Shown here: positions 50,097 through 64,000 of the stretch, piece after piece
Position numbering within the stretch: position 1 is the first letter of the stretch
Layout of the letters: the number at the start of each line of letters is the position of its first letter
DNA from: Nymphaea colorata
Taxonomy: Eukaryota
DNA length: 64,000 nt
Reading direction: 5' to 3'
Assembly (NCBI RefSeq): GCF_008831285.2
Contig: NC_045138.2
Location: forward strand, 13,454,001-13,518,000
Made by a program: the position numbers and the translations under genes
Notes under the pieces: model-generated
Database searches by the model: none
What the model was told of the DNA's origin: nothing
What the model saw: the letters and a program-made list of their open reading frames with translations, nothing else

Positions 50097-52369
50097 ATTC
50101 TTTTGCAACAAAAAAGGATGGAAGATCGAACTCTCTCAATTGGCTAGTGGGGGGCAATGGCTTCCAATTGGATGTGTCCTACTGTTAAGGGCCATTCATC
50201 TATTTATAGTGGTTGGAGTAGCAGCACCGCTGGATTGCCCTTACTCAGATTCAGGAACGTGCGCCTTACCACATTGACGTGCTACCCACTTGGAAATCAT
50301 TGCCATGCAAAGCTAAAAAATCTATTGCTTGTTATTCCGTTGACAAGAGACTTTCTGCGTGTATGATCTGTCGAATTGAATTGCTGACTATACATTAGCC
50401 ATCAAGTCTTTTCCTTCTTTCGAATCTTTGATCTCTTTTTTTGCAAGCATGCAGGGCTTCATGCTTGCTAATTCTCTTGAATCTCGTGTATTCAAATTAA
50501 CTTTCCTCCCTACTAAGAGCCCTGCATTGGCTTTCTGTTTATAAATAAATGTGCAATACTTAAGATTCATGTGAGGTGCTTAATGGTATTTTAGTGTAAG
50601 GGAAGGTCACGCAGAGGAATATTGTCTATTCTAGTGACACTGCACTCTTGATTTGTACATGATGATTCTCGATAGTGATCCGATCATTGTATATGACACT
50701 TCTTCCTTCATTTCTAAAACTTGGAAAAATCCATCTTTAAAGTTAAGGACAGTTAATTTAGCTAAAAGGACAGTTTTCCTTTATTTATGGATGATTTGGA
50801 GGAATATGATTTTAGAAGCCAAGCATAAGAGTTGTGCAGAAGTGGCTTTCTGGAAACGAACTGCATAGACGTGACCTCTACTCTGGGAAACCAGAAACTA
50901 TTCAGCGTCTATTCAGTTCAGGAAATATAAATAAATGTTTTTCACAATATCAACCCCCATGGATGTAAAGCGTATATATATATATAATGTAAAGTCTGTT
51001 ATAAAGTAGTGTCCAGCACGAAGGTGCCATGGAATACGGTGGATGGACCATTGTCCTGGCTAGTCCGACACCTTCATGGTCGAAGTTCCCAGTGCCAATG
51101 GATACAGAACGACCAGGTGCTGTACACATGCTGCCTGCCCCCTTTCTCCAGCCAATTTGATCTAGAGCAGCGTTTGGTGCTCTGGGCTCTGAGTTTAGGT
51201 CGAGATATAATAAAAAGATCAGAAAGGGATGGTCTCGGTGCCTGATGTGGGCTGAATGAATAATTCCTTGGCAACCAAAGAAGTGTTACTGGATCTGCCC
51301 AGCTTTCACTGGGTCAGCAAACTGATACCTTGGAACTCCTTTGCAAATTTTGGGACGTTCCGGACCCGATATGAATCCCACCATGAACAATTGTGTGACT
51401 TGAGCCCCATGTGTGAATTCACGCATTGAATGTGTAAAGATAAAGAGAAATTTCTTTTGGATGTAGATATAACGCAAACCTATTTCGTTTTTTCTTGTGT
51501 GGTGGTTGAAGTGGTTTCCTATTTTTTTTTTTTTTTAATGCAATCTTAAGCTGAACTTCATATCATATTATGGACTACCTTTGAAGTTGGACGGCTGTGA
51601 TTTTGAAACCATGGAAGATGGCATGTTCGTGTCTTCCATCTATGGAATCAATAGAAAAACTAAATCATGGTACTTGAGAATTCTTACAGCAGAAATGTAG
51701 GCCATGTGCTTTTCATTTATTCTTTACCGCAAATGAAATGTGCATGTTTGAAGGCTTCTCAATGGATTGTAACTTTTTTAGTAGGACATTTTCCTTTTCA
51801 TGATGTTGATTCTTGCAAAGCATACACGGTTATAATGTTAAGATGGACGAGTGTATTGTTGTAATGCTCTCATCTATTTTCATTTTCATTGATGTTGGGT
51901 TCTTGCAAAATGAAAAAAAGGGCATGCCAGTGTTTGATGACCACCACGAATGGTCAAATTTGTCCTGGAAAAATTCTTTAGGTTAAAAGGTCCAACAAAC
52001 AGGGAAAAGATATTCTAGAATTTTTGGCATGTTGGATGTTTTTTCATAAGATTATCCAGATAGTTAGATCCGTAAACCAAAAAAGTCTATACTCAGTCTC
52101 CATTTAAATCCAAAAAAAAGTCGGTAATCTGACTGACCTCTCCATCCAATTGGGCCATATACGGAAGTCCAACAGTGTCCGAGATGGGAATGAATCCGAC
52201 CCGCTTACATCGGCCCATCAAAATGGTTCCGGGTCGTCCAAATAACCGGGCTATATCCAAATTTATAACTGCTGGCCGCCATAAAGTAGTTGGCGCGAGT
52301 CGCATTCTTTTTCCCCTCGTCTCCGTCTGCGAGCCCGCTACAAGAGGAAGGAGCAAGACTCCGGTGACG

Positions 52370-55300
52370 ATGCACTGGGTTCAGGCGAATTCCTCCGATT
52401 TCGGGGGTTCGCTTCCTCGTCCACGAAGGTGCGTCACCTTGATCATCATAATCTTCTTATCTCTCTCTCTCTCTCTCTCCCCCCTCTCTCCCATGTCTGA
52501 CTCTCCACCGACTTATCAGTGGTCATACTGCCGTCAACGTTGGGAAATCGATGGTCGTAGTCTTTGGAGGCCTCGTGGAGAAGCGGTTCCTAAATGATCT
52601 ATGCGTCTATGATACCGGTGACGTCTTCCTTCCTATTTCTTGCTGTTGAGATTCTGTAGTTTCCTTCCGTGTCATGGTTTGGGACTCTTCGGTTTCCTCC
52701 CAAATTCCAACCCATAAATATACGCCCGAGGAGGACGCTAGCCTGATCTTGTTTTCCTCGTTTCCTGGTTTGGTTGTTGTTGCATATATAAGATGTTGCT
52801 AAGATCATTCCAAGTCAGGGAGGCCTTTTCTTTTTCAGGTGTTGTTACTTGCAAAGTTGCTGTTTTGGGTAGTTCATGCATCCAATTGTGTCTGGGCAGT
52901 GAAGATTGGACATTTTAGGGTTGTTCATTACATATCATTTCATACATACTATGGTCACCTCCAAGATGGGTGTTCGCTATGCCACTACTCGTATAAAATA
53001 GACAAAACCAAACCAGTTGGTGGTAAGAAATTACTCAATAGTGTGCAATGCATCGCCTTTAGTAAGTCCGTAGGGGTTCTGATGTGTCCTTACAATACAC
53101 TGAGTGCCTCGCAGCATATTCAAAACGCTAGTGTTGTCTGTAGATTGCTACGGTTGCACTTGGAACCACAATTATAGGATAGAAGACAAAGAAATGCTGC
53201 CAGTTAGGCGAGCATTGGTTTCCCCGTGGTCTTCTCTACAGTTTCTTAAGCAAGGCTGGGTATGTTTTAACTTTCTAATCTCTTCAATTTCTCTAGCTGT
53301 ACTAAAGCAAACATGTTTACAAAGAATGCCTGGCAATATGATGTTCATTCTATCACTTTTTTAGGATCTCAGTATTATCTGTTGTTTGGAGTTCACTCTA
53401 AATTACTGATTCTCGTTAGAGTTGATGGCGTCTATTTTCATGCTACAAACTTGGACGAGTGCCGAACTTTTGTAACTATTGGGATCAATCTGTACATGGT
53501 TGGTGATTCTAATTTCATCTTAACTTTGTGGTGGTTGCAGAAAACAAAGTCTGGTTCCAGCCAGAATGTACGGGGAACGAGTCTGATGGGCAAGTTGGCC
53601 CATGCCCTCGAGCTTTTCATGTTGCTGTGGCTATCGATTGCCATATGTTTGTTTTTGGTGGTCGTTCTGGTAACAAAAGGTTTGTGATATAGGTCCTGTT
53701 ATATGCTTCCACCATTATTCTCTTGCTATACTTGAATCACAATATTCCAATAGTCACAATTCAATCATATTTTCAGGCTGCGGGATTTCTGGATGCTTGA
53801 TACAGGTAATATCTCTGCTAGAACTGTTTTTGCCATTACATACTGATTGGTCGTGGTCAGTCTCCTTATGCTTGCAGTATCTTAAAGTTTTATGAATATT
53901 TTTTGTAAGCAGAGGGCATATAAATGTGAATGAATAATCGATATGATAAGTATATATCTAGAATATTAGTCTTTCCATTTGTTCTCTGCTAGATTTTCTA
54001 TGAAAATGGGTACTGTAGAATGTCTATTTGAAATGATCTTGGATGTAAGTTCCCATTAATTTCATTGGCATGTTATATGATTTTGCAAAGCAAATCCATG
54101 AAATATACATACTGTCATTATGACTTTTCTCTTGTTTTATTATTAAAATTTCTCAATATTGCTTATTTGCTTTGTATAATGTGTATACTTTGAAGTTTGA
54201 ACCTAATATCTGGATATTGAATCCCTTAAAATTTCAAGATCAATAGTGGAATTGACAAGCCAAGCTGAGCCAGCTTGAGCTAGTTCAGCCCTAGCAAGCT
54301 CACCTTGAGTTCAAAGCTATCTGTTTGAGTCGGCTTGACTAGGTTAAGCTCCAGCCAGCTTTTTGCTGGCTTGAGCATAGCTAAGTCATGTTAAAAGATA
54401 CACATACACACACAAAAACAAAGTGTGATACTGAGTTTTGATCCAGAAATTTCTTTTTGAAAGACCACAAAAACACTCATTGAACCCAAAGCATTTTTTA
54501 TAACTGCACTAGGAAATGTGTGCGCATTTGGCAAGCTGAGTGGAGCCTAAAGGGCCAAGCGTACCTAGCTTGAGCTTGGCTAGTTTAACTACATGACTTC
54601 ACTTAAGCTCATTTAGTTTATAATTGAGTTGAGCTTGAGTTACTTGGCCTTTTGTGCAGCCTAGCACGAACTCTCGAAGACCAGTTTTATTTGTTGATGT
54701 CGTTCACACTTTCTGTTGTGTCGATCTTTTCTCCTGGTCTGTTTATATGTAAACAACAGTTGATCATATGTGTAGTGTAATACACTTTTTATGTTTTTAT
54801 GACGTCTATTTTTTTGTACTTTCCTTGTTGATCTGAGTATGGAATTGCTTTCTTTATTTATAATTGCATGGCACATGCTTGCCTGTTGCGTGTTTCGCAT
54901 TATCATGACTCACATGTGTTTCTTTTGACCAGATATTTGGCAATGGACAGAACTAAGCAGTTATGGTGATTTGCCTTCAGCACGTGATTTTGCTGCTGCT
55001 GCAGCCATTGGGAACCGTAAAATTGTGATGTCTGTTCTGATGCTTATTGTTTGCTGCTTTGTGTACTATGTCTTGCGATGTTCACGAGTTTATCATGACA
55101 TTGAATGGTTGCAGGTATGGTGGGTGGGATGGTAAAAAGTGGTTATCAGATGTTTATGTCTTGGACACAAGTAATTCATTATTTTGTTGGATAGATTATC
55201 TTATCTTTTAAAATATTACATATCATTTATTTTTGAAAGTACGCTTTCCTTCAATAGTGTCTCTCGAGTGGATGGAGTTGTCTGTTTTGGGTTCTTTGCC

Positions 55301-58300
55301 ACCACCTAGGTGTGGGCATACTGCAACTATGATCGAGAAACGCATGCTTATTTTTGGTGGTAGAGGTGAATTATCTCAACTTTGTTTCACTGTTTCTCTT
55401 TTCTTGTATGTGCCAGTTACTCTAAAGCTCTTTTATTTTGAATGCAATCATTAAAGATGTTTTAAATTTTATCTCTGGACATAGGGTAAAAGAATTGCAA
55501 ATAGTTGCCCACTTAATTTTTGTCTTTGGGTTGTTGTAAAATCCTTTGTTTTATTTTCTGTTACTTACAAACTGCAGTATTTTACGGCTAGTTGTACTTC
55601 TCAAACGTAAAAGTTTTGTAGGAAATTTATTTGAAAAGTTCTGGGTGCAACTGCGGTTGTTGTTCTACTTGTTCATCATTGTTAATCAAGCTTTCAAGAA
55701 CAGGAAAAAAAATGAACAAAATGGAATTCATCAATGACCTCACTGGCAGACCACAAGAATGCATTAAGCTGTTAATCCTTTCTGGTTTTGGCTTGTAACA
55801 CGTGAATGGGAAATGATTTTTCCTTCACGGTTGTCCTATATTGCAAGCCCATCACCTTGACTTCACAGAAACTTTGTTCATTGCCATCAGATACTGAAGT
55901 TCTATTATGCTTTGTGTAATGTGAAAATTGAAATCTATCCACTGCCTCACTTTGTAAAGAAGGTCAACATGTTTATAGGGTGATTGATTTTTTTGACACA
56001 TTGTACAGAGTTTTTTAGAGGTTGTGCAATAACCTACAACACACGGATACATGGGTTTTGCCCACGTACCCGTGTCGATACTCTGACACGGGAATACGGA
56101 TATGGGGTGGATACGTTTTGGATCGGGTTTGGGCCAGACCCAATCCGAACCAAAAAATGAAGTCGATTTGTATGATTTTTCCTGTTGTATTAGTTCTCCT
56201 CTTACGGAAAACAGTAGAAGAAGACACGTTTTTTATCAGAACTATTAATTTAATCTTTTTTTTATTTTATCATTTTTGAGAATATAAAATTTGCCGTATC
56301 CGCATATCCAAAAAATTTGAAAATTGCCGTGTGCGTACCCGTATCCCCGTACCCTTACCCGTATCGTACCCGCACCAATGTGACATAGGCAATAACTGTT
56401 GAATTTTCAGGTAGGCTGCTTAGAATGGAATATAAGTATAGGCTGGTCTAGATTGATCTTCATATTTTTGACAGTGTCCCTTGAAAGGAAGTTTATTGGG
56501 CTTGGATGATATTGAACACTTTTTTGGATATGATATAAAATGAGAATCTCTAAAGGTGCAATAGCTGTAGTTTCTGCACAACAAAAAGCTATGTCGTCGG
56601 GCGCCCTAAGCATGTCACTTGTGCCTAATTGCCTTGGCCGAGGGTGGGCCTAGGCAACAGGTGCTTCATAATGCCTGGCGACCTACAGCCTAGGTGCTAT
56701 GAGTTTTTTTTTTGTTAGTAAAAGTTGTTAACATGTATTATGCCTAGGTATTGTAGTTTACTGCATACTTGATGCATACCATTACTATATATTAAATCTC
56801 TTTTCTTTTTTTTGGCTAATCGCTTAGGCAGTGTACATTGCTTTTAGAAACAAAGTGACAAGCCATTGAACTGGTGTTCATGCAGCTTTGCTTAGGTTCA
56901 GAAAATCAGTGTCTCTACATATGTGTGTGTGTGTTATGGTGATTCACACCTGGGAAATTCAAAATAATATTTTAAAACTCCTCTTTTTTATGGATACAGT
57001 TCCTGGGGGAGCTCTATATCTATATGCAGTAGTGCCTTTCTTTTCCTTATTTGCTGATGGCACATGCAACTATATGCATCACAATGAGGCTGCGTCCACA
57101 TATTTTCATGCTCTTGGTGTAAATTGTGAGCTAAATTGTGGTGTTTAACTGTGTTTTGCTCGTAACTATCTCCTTTTGATTCTTGAATTGCTTTTCTTTT
57201 ACAGGAGGTGGTGGCCCTATTATGGGTGATTTGTGGGCATTGAAGGGTCTTGTTGAAGGTATTTTGGTTTAAGTTTTGCCTCCTCCTTCAGTCTAGACTC
57301 CAAATGTCTTATGTGTACATCTTACGCAATGGTATCTTTTGATGCTGTTCTTGCTTGCATTACATGCCTTTGCTGGAAGGTGATGTAAAAAGCATTGGTA
57401 TTGGTAGGCTTATGTCTAAATGTGGCTGGGTGGTAGTTAATATAGACTAAAAAGTCGTTGGAATAGGCCAAACGGTGTCTTATGTATGCAAGTCACAAAT
57501 TTTGGATGTGCTGTGAATTTTAGTTGAGTCTGATTTAATCCATTCAGCTGATCCATATCCAATCAGCTTGCAACTCCATTTCAACAGGCTATAAGGAGAT
57601 TTATTTTTTCCTTATTAATTAAGAAAAGCTCACAAGGAATTTGATGCACAATTATATGATTTCTTATCTTGTGATACTAACCAATATTAATACCAAAACT
57701 TGGAGCAAGATCATACGAAGAAGCCAAAAATGGGTTTTGTCATTAAAATCGTAACAAAGTTTTAATTAGGAAAATCACAAATTAGAAAGTGGAATATAAA
57801 GAAGACAAGGTCATTGGCCAAAAGGGAAGACGAAAAACCATTGCTGTTATAGCGATGAAGAACGAGAAAAATAAGCTTTCTTTTAACAATTGAAGAATAG
57901 ACAATCTATGAGGACAGAAGGTAAAAATCAAGGAGCTTCTTTCCTTTTCCACAAATGCTATTTCATGGAAATATACAGATGCTTCTTCTGTTATTGCGAT
58001 CGAATGCCTCTGTCATTATTCTATGATGTCCTGTCATTATATTGCAATTTGGAAAATATTGAAGATTGCTGTGACTATAGCAGAGAATCCTGATTATATG
58101 TTACTGTTACATGTTATTAGATGCTTGACATATTAATACTTGGTATTGAATTGCTTCTGGGTCCTATGTTGTTTAAGCTTGTTTTTTTGACTTGTGTGTC
58201 TTTGTTGTGGAAGGAAGAGGGTGAGACCCCAGGATGGACAATGTTGAAGCTACCTGGTCAATCTCCTTCTCCTCGTTGTGGTCACACAGTAACTTCAAAT

Positions 58301-58859
58301 GGAAACCACGTACAGTGACAAGACTTATTTCTGTTTTTTTTTTTTTTTTGGTTTTCTTGCTTGATTTCAATTGGTGTAGCATCTTTTGTAGAAGTTGCTT
58401 TGGTTGACCTTTTGCTATAAAAAAAGTTATTGTTTTGTGCCTATAAAGTTATAAAACATTGATGCACCAAAAGAGGTGCCGCTCCCTTGTCGACGTGACA
58501 CTAGTGCAGGTGCAACTACTGATACGCCTTCTGTACAACACCCAACTTAGTCAACACAAGTCGGGTACTGTAGACCACCCCTACCCTTTTCTGTCCATGG
58601 ACAAGTGCACATCACCCTCTTTTGGAGTTTAAAAAAATATACTCACCTGTTCATCATGAATCATCTGCGTCTTTCTCATCTCTCTCTCTTTTGACAACCA
58701 GCGACTGGCGTTTGCAAGAATGATGTCTCTTGTGACTGGCATCCGGCTAGAGTGAGGCAGCAATATCACTATTCAAGCCAGCATCTCTCTCGTTCTCTCT
58801 TTTTCTCTCTCATTTTCCCACTTTTTCAGGGCAGCAATAATGGGACTGATGAAACCCTC

Positions 58860-58900
<41 letters not shown>

Positions 58901-61900
58901 TGTCTGTCTGTCATTTCATTCTTTAAAAGGGATGACACCCTCATTTCATTTAACACAAAATTTGGGACTAAAGAGCCCTAACATAAAAATTATTACAACA
59001 ATAGTAATGAGTTTAAGAAAATATGGACAAGGCTATGAAATAGTTAATGAGTTAAATAACAGATTATTATATATAATAAGATTATATTATATACCCTTGC
59101 TGCACATGCACCCAATTTTTTTTTGAAAATTGCCGCACCTACACCCCCACTCTCACCCCACTTGTGACATAGATCTGAAGGCGTTTCACTTGTAAAATGT
59201 GATTAGCTGGTTAATCATGTGTCAATCTCATGATTTCAGACATTGAGGGGAAGCTTGTTAATGATGACCAACTTTTAAAATTGTTGGAAAGATACCACTG
59301 ACTGCACAGACAAGCAAGTGGCCTAACTAGGAACCTCATGAAGTACCGTTAAATGGAAGAGGTCCCTGGTTCACAGGGCAATTCTGGACAAGCTTCTATA
59401 ATTGGAAATTACATTGATCCACTAGCTTTCACCTGAACAAGAGGGCGGTGTGGGGGGAGGGGGGTTGTGGACGTGGGCACCAATTCCTCCTTTAGTACTA
59501 TTAGAGAACTCGCAAGAAACAGTCTTTCTGAGTTATATTTATTTATAAACATATAAGAAGATGAATTTCTGACTAAGCAGCCCAAAGGTGCATTTTAATC
59601 TAAAGAAAAAATAGCGAACCCTTGTTTGATCAGTCCAAGGAAAGCTAATTGTGAAATGCTCGATTACATTATTGTCGAGTGAGGAAGTACATGAATGCAA
59701 TTGCATAGAAAAGGTTTTGACTGTAGTTCTATGACACTATTTCTTGCTGGGCTTGCTACTCATTTATTCTGTGATAGGTTTGGGTGTATGCATTTGATTC
59801 AATCATGAGATATATCAATTGAAATGAGAGTCTCAAAGTAATGCAGTATGTTTGGGGAAAGTCATGCTTCTAGAGACTCAAGCGGAGATATACTTAGTTC
59901 TTCTGCTACTAAAGCTCGATGTTCTTACTTCTTAGTGTTCTTGCTCCTTTTTAACATGGTCTGGTATCTCAACCCCAACATTGGAATTTATCTGCATCCT
60001 CCTCGCACTTCCACAAATTATAAAGAGTGGATTTCGGTTGGGAGGGTAATGCAGTGGGGTAGGTGTTCTCTTTTCTTTGACTCAATCTTATAAACAGTTT
60101 ATATGCATTAACTTTACATGTAAACTTCTGACTCTGGTGGTCTCAGTGGAGGTAAGGAGATCAATTTGGTTTCACAAGTACATGGAGAAAGAGAACGACC
60201 ATAAATGAACCTTTTAATAAATGTTATATCAAATATGGTTGCTGTATTTCTCAAATTAATCTATTTGATTTCTGCCCTGGGGAATATTCTTCCTCAGGGC
60301 TTCATCTTGTTAGCTCTCCTTTCTTTCTTTTTGCATGTTCTTGCTTTCCTTGTCGAAATTTATGAGATCTGTAGAAACACCAAAATTTGATATCTGAAGC
60401 TGATTTATTATGTCATACCATGTCCATATACAGTGGAAGGTGTGGAGCAGGGTTTTTTTTTTTTTTTTTTTATTTCTTGCCTTTATGATTGAGCTTCAGT
60501 AACATGATTCATCTGTTTATATTGCAGCTTTTGTTATTTGGTGGACATGGAACTGGTGGATGGCTAAGCCGATATGATGTTTACCATAATGATTGTATTG
60601 TTTTGGACAGAGGTACTTATTTGATCATTTATTTGTCATTTTTTTGGCTTATGTGTCTTTGCCAGCGTTTTAATGATTAATTAGGTCATTTTATTATTTT
60701 TATTATCAGATCTTATACCTAAGTGTTTGAACAAATTAGTGCTATAATTGCATAAATTTTCTGCAATTACATTTGGAAATCAAAGTTTTTTTTAATGTTT
60801 CAAATATACACATCTGACAACCCTGTTTGGATGTGTATACAACCAATCTTAGATTGTTGATTTATCTATGCAATAAACTGATATATGCATGGATTTAAGG
60901 CTTTGTAGTACGTAGGTTCACCTATGTGGTGAAATAGAAAAGAAAGTTTGGATTTTTTTAGTGTGTATTGCTCAAAATTGCATGATTACATTGCACTGGA
61001 TCTGTTTTCCATTTATTGTCTGATGGATAGTATAAAACAGATATACACCCTATTTGTTATGTATCCATCCAATCATGTCGATTTTTTGCTTAGTGTTGTC
61101 AAGCTGGCCTTAAATTTTCTGAAATATTTTTTTGTTCTCAATTAATAATAAATGTTACTGCAGAAATTTCTCAAAAAAAAAAGTATAGTAATATTGTCAA
61201 GATCACATCCTCTGGAGTGATGAGAACATCTTTAAAATCAAACCTTTTGTATGATTTGTGTTGGAAGAAGCTCATTTGCTTGATTTGAGTAGGGGATTGA
61301 CCTTTGACATGCTTCTCCATCCATGTTAGCTACTTTTGCCAACCTGAAGTTTGAGACTACAGAATGATTTCATGATGCTTTATATGGCTTTTCAGAGGTT
61401 GGTGCTTTCTGTTGGACAGCTGGAAGCAATGTCTATGCCGTGTTGTGGGCATTATAAGTTTTTGTTTTTTTGATAGCTTGCACACAAGGAGTAACCCTAA
61501 CACTTGTTGTGGTCGGATTTTGTGTTGCATCTCTTTTTGACTGGCTCCTGAAAGTCACCATCTAAGCCTGTCTCCAGGAATCACTTCTTCTCGTTTGTTT
61601 AGTTCAGCTCTCAACAACAGCGAGCTAGATGGTTAGGTCGTGCCTGTCAGCTAGACGTTTGACGTAGGTCAGCTTTCAGTAGAGGGCAACTGGTTTTTAC
61701 TATTTTTTCTTGGTCTTCCAGTATCTTGCACATTCACGTGAACGGTCCTCAATTTTGTTTTATATACTTTTTAAAATTTGGGGGGTAATATTATGATTTT
61801 TAGCATAATATTTTTGAGTATTTATCTTTTTTTTGTTTTGGTGTTGTAACTGGGTCAACAGTTCTCACTTATATTAACATACCATACACTATGCAACTAT

Positions 61901-63597
61901 TTAGTGTACTCTACATTTATATGTATGACGTTATGTAAAATATTGTACCATGAATGTACCAGCGTAAAAATCATAATGGTAAACTAAATAGAGGATTTTA
62001 AAGAGTTCTGATGATCTCAGTTGATTTTATACCTTAATCACCATTGCCATAAGTTCATTGCTGTGGCATATTCCCAAAGCAAGATCTAGTATTAATGTAT
62101 GACAAGTTTCTGCTATTTTTCTGATCCAAGATCTTCTCCAACAATTTTCTGTTTGACTTTCCTTTTTTTATGTTCATAACATATTTCTTTCCTTCATTTA
62201 TGCTTAGCCAGTTGCTTGAATTTTATTTAGTGTCTGTGCAGTGGAAGCGCATGGTAACAAGTAACGACCCTCCTGCTCGAGCATATCATTCCATGACTTG
62301 CATAGGTTCTCGCTATCTATTGTTTGGTGGTTATGATGGAAAGTCTACCTATGGTGATTTGTGGTGGTTGGTTCCAGAAGGTAATTTCTGTAAAAATTTT
62401 TTCTGATGGTCTTCTTATGTTAACATTATTAGATGTATAAATTAATTGAGTTATGGAAATATAATCAAGGCTAAGATGGAGGGTACTGTGCGAAGTGAAA
62501 ATAGGAATTAGCAACCTTTCTCACTTTTTATGTCTTTTTGTTCTGGTATCTTCTCGGTTCACAGATGATCCTATTGCAAAGCGGTCAGGTCCCTCTCGAG
62601 AAACCAATTCTTCAGAAAGCACTTATGTTATGTCCAGTACTTTGGACAAACCTATGAAGGTATATCAGCACTTATTTTAGCTTTTGAATACTATTAGTGC
62701 TAGGATTGAAGTTTCTCTGTTCTTGAGGTTTCTGCCTTTGATCAAGTGTTTCTAATAGCTGATATTGCGTCCCCATCTGCTATAGGAAGATGATGCATCT
62801 ATTACGACTGAGTTGCATAAAAGATTGGGTATTTCGGTATCTATTCCTTCAGAATCTGACGGTGGACTTGTTGACGAAGTGAATGACAAGGAGCTTCTTG
62901 ATCTGTCATCAAGGCTTGCTTCAAAAATGAATATAACAACTCACAATGAGACTGATCTTGTTCAGGTATGTGCCGTCTTGGTACAGGGTCATTCCAGTTG
63001 ACATTGACAGATTGGCCGCATGTTCCATTAAGCTTTATGTCAATACAGGCCCTTCGGGAACACTGGATGAAATGTTCGGCAAGGTCAATACAGCTGCAAG
63101 AGCTTGGGCCACTCCTCCGAGACTATCAACGTTTGGTCTCCAGGTCACTATCAGCCTTTTGTGGAGGTTTGGTGCATTGCTTTTATAAAGCAAGTACCCT
63201 GTGCATTGAAAAATATATCGTCTTGCTTTAGTCCATTGAGATTTTAACTTTTATTTATCAAATTTCATCTGATTTTTCCCTCGCCACTTTTCTGTATTTG
63301 GTATTGTTGTAGGAAATATGCAGACTCTACTTATTCTGGCACGCCAGTTTTTCACTTCTTCCATGTGAGGAATGCTTCTCAGGTATGAGTCCAGGGATTA
63401 TGAAACGGGCTAACTATAGGCTATATATAGGCATTAATAGGTTTCTGCTGGGTGAAGTTTCAGTTATGTGCTCGTTTTTTAATCTTTCCATCTTGTGTGA
63501 TGAATGTGTGCATGTTCAGTTGCGTATGAGTGACATCCCTAAATTGCTGAACGAGTATCATCTACTTCTCTCAAACGGAGGCGTGGAGCATGGATAG
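52370..63597 (+). CDS. GPA3: Plant-specific kelch-repeat protein, GPA3-like (about 16 exons)
   Basis: [30 protein letters not shown]...FGG followed by repeated P-x-R-x-x-H ... FGG ... D-x-W kelch units. Phases checked for exons 52370-52428, 52520-52617, 53541-53679, 53777-53805, 54933-55029, 55115-55170, 55258-55365, 57205-57258 and 58218-58309. Later exons approx. 60528-60611, 62231-62380, 62564-62659, 62786-62965, 63049-~63166, 63313-63381, 63520-63597. The symbol comes from recalled similarity only. Confidence 0.85.
54250..54662. mobile_element. Degenerate MITE with AGCTTGAGC-type subterminal repeats in kelch-gene intron
   Basis: Many AGCTTGAG/AAGCTGAG motifs at both ends; right end TTGTGCAGCC. 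Left terminus and TSD unclear. Confidence 0.45.
56034..56388. mobile_element. hAT-family MITE with 8 bp TSD
   Basis: Perfect flanking direct repeat GCAATAAC (56026-56033 and 56389-56396). Termini CTACAACACA...TGTGACATAG form an imperfect TIR, with many GGATAC/CCGTA subterminal repeats. Confidence 0.85.
56575..56855. mobile_element. Probable degenerate MITE (CCTAGG/GCCTA repeats)
   Basis: Cluster of GCCTAGG/CTTAGGC motifs typical of MITE subtermini. No TSD identified. Confidence 0.35.
58440..59172. mobile_element. Degenerate element related to the 56034-56388 MITE
   Basis: Right end TTTGAAAATTGCCG...TGTGACATAG matches the right end of the hAT MITE. Left end and TSD not resolved. Confidence 0.45.
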
Positions 63598-64000
63598 TCT
63601 GTTTTTCGTAGTTCTTGTTGCTGAGGTGTCAAGTATTTGTATGTACGCACCACGCCAATCTGATGGAGTGGGGTCTCTAATGCGGTTATGCTTTCAACAT
63701 TTGAAGAAGCTAACATGGTATGCCTTTTGTAATTTGATTGTTTTGTAGTTTGATGACTATTTTTTTTCCAAAGGTACCAATATGATCAAAACCTCAAAAT
63801 ATACTTTACGCCATTTTATTCTTGCTTATCATTGACCTCAATGTTACTTCTTTAAGCCGTCTGTTCAGAAACATCCGATAAAGAATGTTATTTCTTTCAA
63901 TTTTTAGATATCAATTTATTTGATGCGAACACATCATCAGACCATATTGCTGTTATTTGTTCAGTTGGTTCGTATTGTTCCCCTCGTGCATTTCAAGTCC

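Noticed and set aside
51009..51477. GC-richer patch with short ORFs between the root-cap pseudogene and the kelch gene
   Set aside because: No frame examined gave a recognisable protein or splice structure.
1..64000. tRNA, rRNA, snoRNA genes, CRISPR arrays, organellar or viral insertions
   Set aside because: None recognised by eye. Covariance-model and BLAST searches would be needed to exclude small RNAs.

Overview
Flowering-plant nuclear DNA: AT-rich intergenic DNA, GT-AG introns, (CT)n/(TA)n microsatellites and MITEs. It holds eight apparently intact protein-coding genes: cytosolic fructose-bisphosphate aldolase, a short secreted GUB_WAK-like protein, an ATL RING-H2 ligase, an intronless UGT94-like glycosyltransferase, an uncharacterised plant coiled-coil protein, IPT2-type tRNA isopentenyltransferase, CBF/DREB1 and a GPA3-like kelch protein. 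It also holds a root-cap/LEA-related gene broken by two frameshifts, an old non-autonomous LTR retroelement with intact PBS and PPT, several MITEs and several local duplications. Best leads: the doubly frameshifted root-cap gene; an orphan spliced-looking locus at ~46.7-47.9 kb whose 3' part is a copy of an intron of the neighbouring kelch gene; a microsatellite-encoded signal peptide; and an ARE/HRPE-like motif cluster with a G-quadruplex motif in the aldolase promoter. I found no convincing novel multi-gene system. All family calls rest on motif recognition by eye, not database searches.
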